Part shown: piece by piece, positions 54,449 to 64,000 of the stretch
Numbering within the stretch: position 1 is the first letter of the stretch
How the letters are laid out: every line of letters begins with the position of its first letter
Virus record (IMG/VR): IMGVR_UViG_3300025012_000027
Coordinates: 1-64,000 of that record
Reading direction: 5' to 3' (one strand)
Length of the DNA stretch: 64,000 bases
Translations under genes and position numbers: made by a program
Notes under the pieces: model-generated
The model's database searches: none
What the model was told of the DNA's origin: nothing
Seen by the model: only the letters and a program-made list of their open reading frames with translations

Positions 54449-55375
54449 CTAGATTTCTTCCAACATCTTTTTAAAGCTAGCGAGGTCATCATCGCCTTCA
54501 TCATCGTCTAGTTTTGGTTTAGCCTCGATCTTTTTAGGTTGTTTTTCAGCAGATGCTTTCTTAACTTCCTTTTCTAGATCGAACTTATCAGCCGAATCGT
54601 CATTCATTGCATCAGCTGCTGTTTGACCCAATCCACCGTTCATCGCCTTGTCGAACTGTTTCTTAAGTTCGTCGTAGCTCTTGAAACGAGCTGGATCAGT
54701 AAACTCGGACAGTTTGTAGCATGTATCAATCGCCTTCTGCATCTCGTCTTCTTCGCCGTCGAACAATGCTGATTGAGCCGCCCATTCGCTGCTATCATAG
54801 TTAGGATATTTGTCCTTGATTTTGATGCGCAGTTTGAGGTTCGCACCCTCATCCAAATCCCATACATAGAACGGAGAATCATCTTCGAACTCTGGTTTTG
54901 CCTTTGAGGTAATCATCTCATGAATCTTCTTACCGTATTTGTACAGGAAGACTTTACCTTCGTTGTCAGGATTTGCAGGATCTTTCAACACCACAATGTT
55001 GCTGATGAATTGTGTACGACGACTACGAGTTCTTGCGTCGGCCTTACCTTCATCTCCTCGAGCATAACATTGGCCATTGTATTCCAACACAGGGTCTGGG
55101 AGACCGATCGTGCTAGGGCTGTCGTTGATATACCATTTACCAGTAGCTGTTTTAAACCCATAACTAAACACGCGAACCCATGGGAATTCATCACCGTTAA
55201 CTGGTGGGAGGAATCGGATGATTGCCGAACCATTACCAGCTTTGTCTTGGACAAGTTTCCAGAATCGCTTGTCTTCGTCTTTGTTGAATTGCTTACCGCC
55301 AGAATCAAGATCTTTGACGATCTTATCCATCATTGCTGATTTGTTCTTACGGAGTTGTGATAGAGTTGTTGCCAT
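54449..55375 (-). CDS. gp32: Single-stranded DNA-binding protein gp32
   Basis: DKRFWK..DKAGNGSAIIRFLP, GKVFLYKYGKKI, NYDSSEW, FKSYDELK, acidic tail. Confidence 0.95.
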   Translation of the reverse strand: MATTLSQLRKNKSAMMDKIVKDLDSGGKQFNKDEDKRFWKLVQDKAGNGSAIIRFLPPVNGDEFPWVRVFSYGFKTATGKWYINDSPSTIGLPDPVLEYNGQCYARGDEGKADARTRSRRTQFISNIVVLKDPANPDNEGKVFLYKYGKKIHEMITSKAKPEFEDDSPFYVWDLDEGANLKLRIKIKDKYPNYDSSEWAAQSALFDGEEDEMQKAIDTCYKLSEFTDPARFKSYDELKKQFDKAMNGGLGQTAADAMNDDSADKFDLEKEVKKASAEKQPKKIEAKPKLDDDEGDDDLASFKKMLEEI

Positions 55376-55958
55376 GATTTTCCTTTTCTATAGTTGCTAA
55401 AAAACTGTCAATGTGGCTGATGTGACGTAAGTCTAAAGTGCCTTTGTTGACAAACTTGCTTGCTTTGTTCATGCGAACTTTATATTTAAGAGCATCAAAT
55501 CCTTCGATATTGCATATGATAGGAATTCGTCTATCTAACAACATAAAGGTTTCATACTCAACCCTTTGCGACAATAAGTCGCTTATTACTTGTTTTCTCA
55601 AGTAATCTCGTAGAGTACAATTATGAGTCATCAGAAACGCCTCTATCGTACTCAAATCTTTTTCTAAAGTATATGTCAACGATTGTTTGATCGTTATCCA
55701 ATGCTTATAGTTTGTCTCTGCCCATTGTGGATCGTATAAGAACAGCGGGTTGCCGTATAAATGGTTTGATGCACAATATTCGATTAGTTCTCGTTCGGTC
55801 TTAACGACGCGCAATACGTCATGAATCAGATTGAAATCTTTTCGTTCAAGTAACGCTGCTTTGCCCCTGAATTTAGTTCCGGACTCAAACACATCATATT
55901 CTGATATGAAATGTAACCTAACAGCGAAGTATAGTTGAAACGCCTTCTCAGGATACAT
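55347..55958 (-). CDS. gp59: Helicase loader gp59
   Basis: AFQLYFAVRLHF..YDVF; synteny between genes 33 and 32. Confidence 0.8.
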   Translation of the reverse strand: MYPEKAFQLYFAVRLHFISEYDVFESGTKFRGKAALLERKDFNLIHDVLRVVKTERELIEYCASNHLYGNPLFLYDPQWAETNYKHWITIKQSLTYTLEKDLSTIEAFLMTHNCTLRDYLRKQVISDLLSQRVEYETFMLLDRRIPIICNIEGFDALKYKVRMNKASKFVNKGTLDLRHISHIDSFLATIEKENHGNNSITTP

Positions 55959-56211
55959 CGTCTAACGTAGCTGCCGTCATCTTCGGCATTGCATAGCAAC
56001 TAACGGCTTCTTCATAGATTCGCTGCTTCAATGTTGGGCTCACTAGTGCCGCAGCAGTCTCATATTCTGCTCCTGATGTTTCACAGAAATTTGACAGTGC
56101 TTCTAGGTGTGTGATGTTGCCTTCTTTGGCAAGTCGCTCAATGTAAATTGAGAACTGCGTTGTGCTTTCAAAATACCTAACGTATTCTGGTTCGATATCA
56201 ATGTCGGTCAT
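55948..56211 (-). CDS. gp33: Late-transcription coactivator gp33
   Basis: FSIYIE..HLEAL..LVSPTLKQRIYEEA; synteny. Confidence 0.85.
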   Translation of the reverse strand: MTDIDIEPEYVRYFESTTQFSIYIERLAKEGNITHLEALSNFCETSGAEYETAAALVSPTLKQRIYEEAVSCYAMPKMTAATLDDVS

Positions 56212-56229
56212 TTACTGGCCCATAGGTTA

Positions 56230-56258
56230 ATTGTAACAAGAAAAAGTCTTGTTGTCAA
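56230..56258 (-). promoter_or_regulatory. Sigma70-type promoter for genes 33-59-32 with palindromic spacer
   Basis: TTGACA-N17-TACAAT; spacer acaaga-aaaag-tcttgt. Confidence 0.75.
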
Positions 56259-56262
56259 GAGG

Positions 56263-57966
56263 TTAAGCAATATTGATCACCGAGAAATCTCGGACTTTAG
56301 TGACACTAATGTGCCTGTCAAAAAGTTCTGGTATCAGTGTTCTGTGTGAGATGACTACGGTGTTAGCGGTCTCTTCAATTGATCCAAGTATAGATATGAA
56401 TATATCAACTGATTCTTCATCCAAACTTTGATCTAACGTTTCATCGAATATAAGCAAGTTAGATGAGATGCTATTGCGGCTCATTGCAATCTTACGCCAT
56501 GCAAATAGAATGGAAAGATCGATCTTTGCCTTTTCACCTTCGGAAAACGAGTTATAACTGAATGCGTCTCGGTTTCTCGATTTTATAGTTTCATTGAACA
56601 TCTCGTCAAGCTCAAAACTAACAAACATGTCAAATTTTTCTAGATATTCGTTAATGAGTTGATTCATTACGGGAATGAATGTACCAATCACCTTTGCTTT
56701 GATACCACTATCCTTCAACACTTCTACGCATGTCTTGAAGTACTCTATATCCTTACTAGCCGTGTTCTTAGACTCCGTTTTGTCCACTAGTATGTCCACG
56801 CATTCTTTTAGCTTAGACCGGCACATATCAATGCTATCGAGTTTTGTTTCTACTTGCAGTTGTTCCAAAATTCGAGATTCACTTTTACGCTCATACTCGA
56901 GGTTTCGTTTGGACTGAGACCATGTATTGAACTTCTCGACAAGAGTCGTTATCTGTTCTGATTTCAACTTAAACGATTCGAGAAGTTCTTGCCCACTTAC
57001 GAGTTGTTCGCGCAACTCTTTTGTCGCGGATTCGACCTCCAAAGACTTTTCTTCTCGCAACTCAGCCGAAATTGGCTGTTCGCATGTGGGGCATGTATCT
57101 TTAGAGTATAGTCCGAGAACTTTTTCAGCGTCTGTTATCTTAGTTTTGATTTTATACACTTGCTTATCAAGCATGTCTTTTGATTGTGTGATCTTCGCAT
57201 GTTTTGAACTTACGTCACACAGAGCATCTAGAATCGCATCAGCTTTCAAAATCTTTTCTTCGAGATCTGATATACGGGCTCGACATTCGAATTTTTGCTG
57301 GTCGGTTTCTTGAGTCTTTTGAGCCGACTCAGCTTCAAGAGAGTCTAGGAGTTTCTTCTGAGACTCTACTTGATTCTTTTGTAGCCCAATCTCATATGTT
57401 AAACTCTCGATAGTCGATTTACAAAGAGCAGTTTTTTGTTTAGCCAATTCTAACATAGACGAAAAGATTGAAATATCTAATACGTCTTCAGTAATAGACC
57501 GTCGCTCAGCGGGAGTTAGATTCATGAAAGGTACATATGTAGCCTTCCCAATAACAACGATCTGTTTGAAAGTCTTGTAGTTGATACCGATAATATCATT
57601 TTCTAGAACGGCTTGATAATCTTTAGATGCAGCCTCTTCTTTGATCAGATTACCATCTTTCCAAATCTCAAATATACCGGGCTTTTGTCCTCGAACAACC
57701 TTATATCTCGTAGTGCCTATCGAAAACTCAACAGTTACTTTTAAATCTTTTTTGTTGACACTATTGACCAACTGGCCAAGATTCACTTTACGATATGGTT
57801 TGTTGTATATCGCATAGCATACACCATCCAATATACCACTGCTCTTGCCAGTCCCGTTTTTACCAGTAACGATAGTATTTCTGTGCGTGTCTAGAGAGAT
57901 CGTTGTATCTACATTCCCATAGGAGAACAAATTTTTAAAGGTGATTGAGTGGAAGATTATATGCAT
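56263..57966 (-). CDS. gp46: Recombination endonuclease subunit gp46 (Rad50/SbcC-like)
   Basis: FKNLFSYGN, GKNGTGKS, CPTC hook, FSEGEK, LLIFDE, VISH. Confidence 0.95.
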   Translation of the reverse strand: MHIIFHSITFKNLFSYGNVDTTISLDTHRNTIVTGKNGTGKSSGILDGVCYAIYNKPYRKVNLGQLVNSVNKKDLKVTVEFSIGTTRYKVVRGQKPGIFEIWKDGNLIKEEAASKDYQAVLENDIIGINYKTFKQIVVIGKATYVPFMNLTPAERRSITEDVLDISIFSSMLELAKQKTALCKSTIESLTYEIGLQKNQVESQKKLLDSLEAESAQKTQETDQQKFECRARISDLEEKILKADAILDALCDVSSKHAKITQSKDMLDKQVYKIKTKITDAEKVLGLYSKDTCPTCEQPISAELREEKSLEVESATKELREQLVSGQELLESFKLKSEQITTLVEKFNTWSQSKRNLEYERKSESRILEQLQVETKLDSIDMCRSKLKECVDILVDKTESKNTASKDIEYFKTCVEVLKDSGIKAKVIGTFIPVMNQLINEYLEKFDMFVSFELDEMFNETIKSRNRDAFSYNSFSEGEKAKIDLSILFAWRKIAMSRNSISSNLLIFDETLDQSLDEESVDIFISILGSIEETANTVVISHRTLIPELFDRHISVTKVRDFSVINIA

Positions 57967-59012
57967 TATGCGTGACAGGCTTCATTAAAAATTTCCAACA
58001 ACATCTGCGTCAATCTAGTCTTGTCGACAGATTCATTCACTTGAATGTTTTCAACATAATCAGATATCATTGAATCTACACCAACGAATGTTTGATACTT
58101 AGAAGTATCAACACTGATTTCTTCGACTAGTGCCTCGGTCTGGATTAACTTAACGTCATTGGGCCTCATTGAATATAACAAGTCCAAAGCAGCTTCGCGC
58201 TCCTTTGGCTCCCATGAGCCAGTCATTTTTACTTTAAGGATCTTGTCTTCGACATCAATCGCATTGACAGGAGATCCTTTTTCCAACGACAAACTAACGT
58301 ATAGTTTATGCGGATTTTCGACGAACGTCAACTGCTTTTCGTCATTGAGGACAAAGAATCCCTTTGCCGTATTGGAATCCTGCCACGTCAATTCATACGG
58401 GGTTCCCGTATAGAGTACGTTGTCTCTCGAACTCATTGCATGGTAGTGTCCAGAAATCACTTGTTTGAACTTCTTGTATTCAGTATGCTTGTATGAACTC
58501 TTGGCCATCTGTCCTTTGAACAGTTCAAACCCATCAAACTCAAAGTGTCCGATACAAAATATACTCTTACTTTTCTTGATAGAGGCGCTTACAGCTTCTG
58601 CATTCTCTTTACATACCCACGGTACCATTAAGAATGAATGATCCTCTATGATAAGATCCGTTGGTTCTTTGACTATATGGAACCAGTTATCATATGGGGT
58701 GAGTACTTCCTCAACCGATGACACTTCAAGAGATTCTCGATAGTATATGTCATGATTCCCTAATAAGACCCAGACATCTAGATTTCTAGAAATGCATGGT
58801 TTCAGAAACGTCTCGCGAAAGAAATTGGATGACCAGGTGTTGATGTGTTTGCGAACATCAAACAGGTCGCCTAGTTGTATAATTTTTGTAATTTTATTTG
58901 CATCTACATACTCAAAGAAGTCCGCAAAGAACTTTTTCATATATGCATGGTGGACGGGTGAGGAGTTGTGGCACCCAAAATGCAAATCTCCTAGAATGGC
59001 TATATCAGACAT
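57966..59012 (-). CDS. gp47: Recombination endonuclease subunit gp47 (Mre11/SbcD-like)
   Basis: GDLHFG, LGDLFD, GNHD, GHFE, SGHYH. Confidence 0.95.
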   Translation of the reverse strand: MSDIAILGDLHFGCHNSSPVHHAYMKKFFADFFEYVDANKITKIIQLGDLFDVRKHINTWSSNFFRETFLKPCISRNLDVWVLLGNHDIYYRESLEVSSVEEVLTPYDNWFHIVKEPTDLIIEDHSFLMVPWVCKENAEAVSASIKKSKSIFCIGHFEFDGFELFKGQMAKSSYKHTEYKKFKQVISGHYHAMSSRDNVLYTGTPYELTWQDSNTAKGFFVLNDEKQLTFVENPHKLYVSLSLEKGSPVNAIDVEDKILKVKMTGSWEPKEREAALDLLYSMRPNDVKLIQTEALVEEISVDTSKYQTFVGVDSMISDYVENIQVNESVDKTRLTQMLLEIFNEACHA

Positions 59013-59550
59013 CTAGAGCGTTTTCTGCAGGTTTTACTTTTTTAGTTTTGTCTTTGACGCGCTTCAAATCTTTCTTACGCTCATACTCGTCTATATCGAA
59101 GTATGTGATAAACGTATTATTGTCGGCGGTACTATTGCTGTCGTCATCCGTATCGTTTAGATCGGAATCGGCCATGGGGTTTTCGTGGAAGATGTTTTGA
59201 AACGATTTTGCTTTGATATAACTCATCTTTTCTTCGGCATTGATCACATCGACCATTGCTCGCCAGCATACATTAGTGAAGTATGCAAACCCATTATCAC
59301 TGATAGTGATATCGAACTTTCGAATCTTTGCACAGCATGCATATAATGCGCTGCTAACCATTTCATCGTTGAACGTATATCCAACGAAGTTGTACCTAGA
59401 TCCTAGTTTCTGTGCTATCAACAAAAATTGTCTAGCGATAACATCTGGAATAACGAGTATCTCTTCCCCTCGATCTTCTCGTTCTTTGCAGTCCGTTATG
59501 TATTCGACCAACGATTTTGTAAATTCTTTATTAGATATGTAGAATGCCAT
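59005..59550 (-). CDS. gp55: Late sigma factor gp55
   Basis: YISNKEF, IAQKL..NFVGYTFNDEMV, NGFAYFT. Confidence 0.9.
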   Translation of the reverse strand: MAFYISNKEFTKSLVEYITDCKEREDRGEEILVIPDVIARQFLLIAQKLGSRYNFVGYTFNDEMVSSALYACCAKIRKFDITISDNGFAYFTNVCWRAMVDVINAEEKMSYIKAKSFQNIFHENPMADSDLNDTDDDSNSTADNNTFITYFDIDEYERKKDLKRVKDKTKKVKPAENALDV

Positions 59551-59577
59551 ATAAGTCGCAAAAGTTTCATTGTGCTT

Positions 59578-59606
59578 ATTATAACATAGCACAATGTAAA
59601 AGTCAA
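59578..59606 (-). promoter_or_regulatory. Sigma70-type promoter for genes 55-47-46
   Basis: TTGACT-N17-TATAAT with extended -10. Confidence 0.8.
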
Positions 59607-59608
59607 CT

Positions 59609-61963
59609 CTATGCTAGAACTAATTTACCATAATCAGATATCTTCCTATGATTGAACATCGTGAATATCTCTCGTCTATTTTTACTACCTGCGTATGATA
59701 CGTGCAACCAAGTAGTATTCTTTCCCTCATATTCCAGTAACAGTTGATCATACGGCACTACATCTTTAATATTAGTAATTGCCTTGATATAATCTTCTCT
59801 AGAGAATCCAGGAAACTGTATATCAGCAGCTTGTCCGATATAGTGACGACTAGTTTTAGACGAGTTTGCAGCATCTCCGGGTCTGCGATATCCACTAGAT
59901 ATAACCATATTAGGATACATTACTTTTATAGTATCAAGCACATTAATACTAAGCAATTTCAAATTACATGCAATTTGTCCAGGAGTAAGTCCCATCTGCG
60001 GTATAAGTTTGCGGAAGCCATTCTTGTTCAAATCACCTATAGTGAAATACTTCGACAATACCAGAGACGGCGGAAACTCTAGTAGGTTAGATATACCATC
60101 ACAATCATTCGAGACAATAGGAGCTTTAGTGGTCTGATCAACGTCGGTGGTTGTTTCGGTGGTCGGCTCCATTGTAATCGACTCCTTAGTCGTATCACCT
60201 GATTGAAGCCGATTCACATTATATTGAGAACTATCACCTTCGTCTGGTGATTCATATTGCATAGCTGATTCGTTTTCTCGAGTAGCAACATGCAATTTGC
60301 TGAATGTAGGAATTACCGGTGATTGAGCTGGCCCTGGGCTTGGTACACCTGATGCAGTCCCTGAGTTGAGATATATCGACGGGGCATCTATACCAACAGT
60401 TCCTGCAGATTTTATCATAGTGCTACCACCAACGGATGCAGTTAGATTACCAGAAACGTTTATAGTTGCATTGTTGTATATGTTTATTGTTGAGGCGCCC
60501 GATATTTCTACATCAAGCGAGTTAGCTACCTTTAGTGTATGCGCGCCATCAACGGTGACGTTCAGTGTGCCGCGCACATGGACGAATCCATTACGTTCTA
60601 GAATCTCGTATCCATCGCCAACGATACGATTTACCTGCGTACCATTATCATCGATCTCTGTAAACGTACCTGCAGCATGATATAAGTGAACTCGTCTAGA
60701 ATGCTCTGTATCGTCAAACTCTAACAAGTGGCCAGATTCGGTAGCCATAACCTTATTGAATGGATACTTAGCATTGTATGGCACATCTGTTTGATCCCAA
60801 GTACCGCCGTTTGCGATAGGGATTCCAATGTCTCTAGCGGCTTCTTTTTTATAAACTACTGTCTGGCCTATGTTTTGATTTCGAGCAAGTCTGTGAGTAT
60901 CCGGTTCTTGATAGTATAACGGATACTTGCCTGTAGGATCAGTGAATCCGCGCATGGCGTTCACTTTGTTTGTATCGATCTTCTTGGTTACAGTTTTGTT
61001 GCCAGCGGCATCGGTTGTAGTGATTTGACTCACAGCCGAGTTAGTTTTTTCAAGAGGTTTAAGATCACCCGTGGCAGTCGGTATGCCATCTTTCAAGAAT
61101 AGGTCACGCTCAGCCGCTCGACGAATGATAATGCCGCCACCACCGACGTCCCAATCCGCAAATCTAGATGCGGCTAACAGATATTTCTCGGAGTTCAAAT
61201 CAGACAGCAGCGTAGAATTAGCGAACGCCCCGGCACCTACGTTGAACGAAAAATCAACTAATGCATCGACCATGCTTTGAGTCACTAGCACTTTCACATT
61301 TCTATGAACTGCTGGGAGCCTAGTATTGTTTACATCTTCTAACAATGCAGTATTAGCATCTGCTTTTGAGATGGTTTGTCCTTCTATAACGGCCTTGTCA
61401 TTAACGGTTTGAGTACCGTATCCGATAGACCACTTACCATTTTTATCTAAGTAAGCCTTTGCTGAAAAAGATTCAGACCGCTTGATCAAATCTATACACG
61501 CCTGTGTCACTGATTTGAAGTCAGTTGCCCGTCTAGCACCTGTCAGAACCGTCTCAGCTACGTTTGGCGGCGTACCTGTGTCCGTGGGTACTATACTACC
61601 GCTAGAATCTTTTATGACAGCATTTGATTCATCTATATCACCGAATCCAGTCTCTTCAATTGCTGGAGTTTGATTGATAGAATCAATAGGGATACCATGA
61701 AAGCTACCAAGTATTATTGGATACTGATTGTCGCTGTCCAAGAACGTTAGTATTACCCACGAACCGTTTAGCAATCCATTAGGCGATACCCCGAACCCAG
61801 ACATACTAGCAGATGTAGTTGGTGTGATGACTTGAGCCCAAGGCAACGATTCGGTTGGGATAAGTGACTTATCATCAGTGTGCAACCCAAATACTCGCAC
61901 CTTCGCACGACCCATCATCAATGGGTCATTTATGTCTTCAATAACGCCTTGGAATAATCTCAT
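59609..61963 (-). CDS. gp5: Baseplate hub/tail lysozyme gp5 with GH24 lysozyme and C-terminal Peptidase M15 domain
   Basis: OB-fold GVIEDINDPLMMGRAKVR..LPWA; IDLIKRSES..AYLD..SIGYG; YPFNKV..ESGH..EFDDT; SSGYR..SRH..GQAADI..WLHVS. Confidence 0.9.
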   Translation of the reverse strand: MRLFQGVIEDINDPLMMGRAKVRVFGLHTDDKSLIPTESLPWAQVITPTTSASMSGFGVSPNGLLNGSWVILTFLDSDNQYPIILGSFHGIPIDSINQTPAIEETGFGDIDESNAVIKDSSGSIVPTDTGTPPNVAETVLTGARRATDFKSVTQACIDLIKRSESFSAKAYLDKNGKWSIGYGTQTVNDKAVIEGQTISKADANTALLEDVNNTRLPAVHRNVKVLVTQSMVDALVDFSFNVGAGAFANSTLLSDLNSEKYLLAASRFADWDVGGGGIIIRRAAERDLFLKDGIPTATGDLKPLEKTNSAVSQITTTDAAGNKTVTKKIDTNKVNAMRGFTDPTGKYPLYYQEPDTHRLARNQNIGQTVVYKKEAARDIGIPIANGGTWDQTDVPYNAKYPFNKVMATESGHLLEFDDTEHSRRVHLYHAAGTFTEIDDNGTQVNRIVGDGYEILERNGFVHVRGTLNVTVDGAHTLKVANSLDVEISGASTINIYNNATINVSGNLTASVGGSTMIKSAGTVGIDAPSIYLNSGTASGVPSPGPAQSPVIPTFSKLHVATRENESAMQYESPDEGDSSQYNVNRLQSGDTTKESITMEPTTETTTDVDQTTKAPIVSNDCDGISNLLEFPPSLVLSKYFTIGDLNKNGFRKLIPQMGLTPGQIACNLKLLSINVLDTIKVMYPNMVISSGYRRPGDAANSSKTSRHYIGQAADIQFPGFSREDYIKAITNIKDVVPYDQLLLEYEGKNTTWLHVSYAGSKNRREIFTMFNHRKISDYGKLVLA

Positions 61964-62799
61964 TATGAATCGTTTCTTGATATGGTTGCATGGTGTAGAT
62001 ATACTCGGTCCGATTGCCCACGAGCTATAACTTGGCGTTTTGAGTGATCTATGTTCAACGTCAATTTTCGAGGCAATATAAACTCTCGCTCTGCAGGTAT
62101 AGAACTATATTCTGGAACATATAACCCAGCATGATTTTTTGGGATATGTAATGCAACTACATCACCTCCTCTAGACTGAGCAAATCCCGTCGCCAGTCGC
62201 AGGCTAAGCGAAGATGATAGAAACGCTGGATGATATACTTTATCATTGTGTCGAAGAAGGTTTGAGTGTCTGCTGCTAGTACCGCTATACACTACAAGGT
62301 CGGCTGGAGTTTTTCCTCTAGATATAGCTGTGTCTAGATGACTTACGGTTTCAGCATGCTCGGAATCAACGGTGTTTGCTAATAGGTGTTGGTTGATTCC
62401 AGAGGTGAATGTGTATTTTGCTATAGCTTTAGCTTCGGGCATGTTCAGAGCAGTGTGCTGCCGATAATGACCAACTAGTTCATCGTTTAACGCAATGACA
62501 CCATCTCGTTGACGATTCCCCAGTTCGAAGTCGTGATTCGCAGCATCATTTAGAGTATCAAATTGCTTGGGTGTAGATGTTCCGGAAAAGTGAAAGAATT
62601 TCCCTGGGTGGGCTGGATGTTCCCATACATTTGGTTCTCCGGGATATAGATTGAACCCACGATTCTCTGGAGAGTGTTCTTCTGGACCAACATATCCTAG
62701 AAAATGTTCGACTTTGCGTTCTTCTTCCAGCACATCATCGCGGATGCTAAGATGAACGCTTGGAATATGATTCTTAGCGTATTCGGTAAACCTAAGCAT
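61963..62799 (-). CDS. ADP-ribosyltransferase (Vip2/Alt-like exoenzyme fold)
   Basis: AIAKYT..INQHL, VVYSG, FLSSSL, AEREFILPR (ExE). Confidence 0.75.
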   Translation of the reverse strand: MLRFTEYAKNHIPSVHLSIRDDVLEEERKVEHFLGYVGPEEHSPENRGFNLYPGEPNVWEHPAHPGKFFHFSGTSTPKQFDTLNDAANHDFELGNRQRDGVIALNDELVGHYRQHTALNMPEAKAIAKYTFTSGINQHLLANTVDSEHAETVSHLDTAISRGKTPADLVVYSGTSSRHSNLLRHNDKVYHPAFLSSSLSLRLATGFAQSRGGDVVALHIPKNHAGLYVPEYSSIPAEREFILPRKLTLNIDHSKRQVIARGQSDRVYLHHATISRNDS

Positions 62800-64000
62800 T
62801 GTTTGGTCCTTTATGCAACGAGTCTTTGTTTATCTGCAGACTAACAGTATGACGTTTTCGATCAAATACATGCTTTATAGACGTTACTAGGTATCGACCA
62901 CTCAACGTTTGATCTAATAACGACCCCATATCCTTTTCGGCGGTGTCTGATGTTGGAATATGAGACACTGGGACAACTAAGTTAATCACATTCCCAGCAT
63001 AGATGTTCATGCGACCAGCAACTTCGAGGAACACGGTCTGACTATTTATAGACGCCATTTCAGTTAACCTCTGAGCAAACCATTCATGATTCATTTCAGT
63101 CGGCATACTTGGATGACTATTCGACTCAAACGTCCTAACTCGAAATACTGAATTTATGCGTCGAACAGCTTTTTCTGATCCTAAAGGTACTGGATTCAGT
63201 CTGGCAAACTTTCCATATGAATCGAGAAAGTCGTAGTATCTATATGCATATCGCTTGTTTGTTGTATTGACCGACAGGGTTCTGTTACCATAAGTGCCAG
63301 TCATAATACGGTCTATATAATCAAAGTTATCATCAACATATAGCTTATGGACAATCCCCTGCTCCGTCTCGTTCAATACATCTCCAGCATGAGTATTAAC
63401 TGAGTATAGATAGTCGAACGATGCTGGTTGAGCAATCAGAATATCTATAGGAGAGAATATAAACGATTTCTTGGTCTCATAAAACACATATGATGGAGAT
63501 AACGAATCGGCACTAACGGATCTATCACACAGATATTTTATGTTCTGCATAGGCGACCAGTAGTTCGAGATGTATGATACCGCATTCTTGGTTGGATGGC
63601 AGTATAGCTCTTTCTTTACAGATAGATTTTCTTTACAGATATGCTCTCGAACAATATCCGATGGCTGCCCACTAAATGCCTTGGACAATTTGATGTTCAT
63701 ATCTATGATAGCTTCGCCTGATATACAGTGCAAAGTATAAGTAGCAGCTCTGTCAGATACATTTATACGATCAGACATCTTATACACATAGAATCCCTGT
63801 TGCCGCATTCCAACTTCACCATCTGGACCAACAATATCTATTTCGAGGTATTCTTCACCCATCAACGGTAGAAGACTGTTCAAAGACATAGCATCGAGTA
63901 TGTTCACCTTCATCGTTATGAATGGAGAATACATCGACTCATATACCTCGACGTAGTTTATTAGCTTAGTTATATCAATCGGCGTGTCTGATCGACTAGA
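62792..64000 (-). CDS. Baseplate hub/tail-initiator protein (gp27-like), partial
   Basis: Frame stays open to the window edge (..IDITKLINYVEVYESMYSPF..); LSGRYLVTSIKHVF; immediately upstream of gene 5. Confidence 0.65.
   Translation of the reverse strand, partial: SSRSDTPIDITKLINYVEVYESMYSPFITMKVNILDAMSLNSLLPLMGEEYLEIDIVGPDGEVGMRQQGFYVYKMSDRINVSDRAATYTLHCISGEAIIDMNIKLSKAFSGQPSDIVREHICKENLSVKKELYCHPTKNAVSYISNYWSPMQNIKYLCDRSVSADSLSPSYVFYETKKSFIFSPIDILIAQPASFDYLYSVNTHAGDVLNETEQGIVHKLYVDDNFDYIDRIMTGTYGNRTLSVNTTNKRYAYRYYDFLDSYGKFARLNPVPLGSEKAVRRINSVFRVRTFESNSHPSMPTEMNHEWFAQRLTEMASINSQTVFLEVAGRMNIYAGNVINLVVPVSHIPTSDTAEKDMGSLLDQTLSGRYLVTSIKHVFDRKRHTVSLQINKDSLHKGPNNA

Noticed and set aside
1-64000. 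tRNA/rRNA genes, integrases, transposases, homing endonucleases
   Set aside because: None recognised by eye and intergenic gaps are mostly short. The IS1-like zinc ribbon at 20967 has no transposase domain or terminal repeats.

Overview
This 64-kb window is part of a large T4-like (Tevenvirinae-related) myophage genome using the standard genetic code. The host is probably a betaproteobacterium, inferred from Bug/TctC genes and Burkholderiales-phage-like early ORFs. Layout: (1) 1-15.3 kb is an accessory late region with two apparent receptor-binding modules. Module A has RCC1 beta-propellers, DUF4376, a methyltransferase, a TPR-glycosyltransferase, a sulfotransferase and APS kinase. Module B has DUF4376, an ATP-grasp protein, two PP-loop enzymes, a Gly-rich adhesin and a TctC/TctA/TctC transporter. 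Three copies of one late promoter plus the 5' end of the 749-aa gene at 15387 punctuate this region. (2) 15.4-23.7 kb holds a helical-repeat protein, permuted papain-like amidase, PD-(D/E)XK exonuclease, ClpP, T5 A1-like phosphoesterase and PhoH. (3) 23.9-45.9 kb holds virion genes: gp8, split VrlC, spanins, gp25, gp6, gp7-like and tail fibres. (4) 45.9-54 kb is a minus-strand block of small early ORFs, including an RlmN-like radical SAM enzyme, punctuated by repeated GTGTTATAAT promoters. (5) 54.4-64 kb holds core genes 32, 59, 33, 46, 47, 55 and 5, an ADP-ribosyltransferase and a partial baseplate-hub gene. No tRNA, CRISPR array, reverse transcriptase, integrase or intron was recognised. The best candidate for an undescribed system is an array of adhesin plus tailoring-enzyme/transporter cassettes added at a duplicated late-promoter/leader element. 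All family assignments come from motifs recognised by eye, not database searches.
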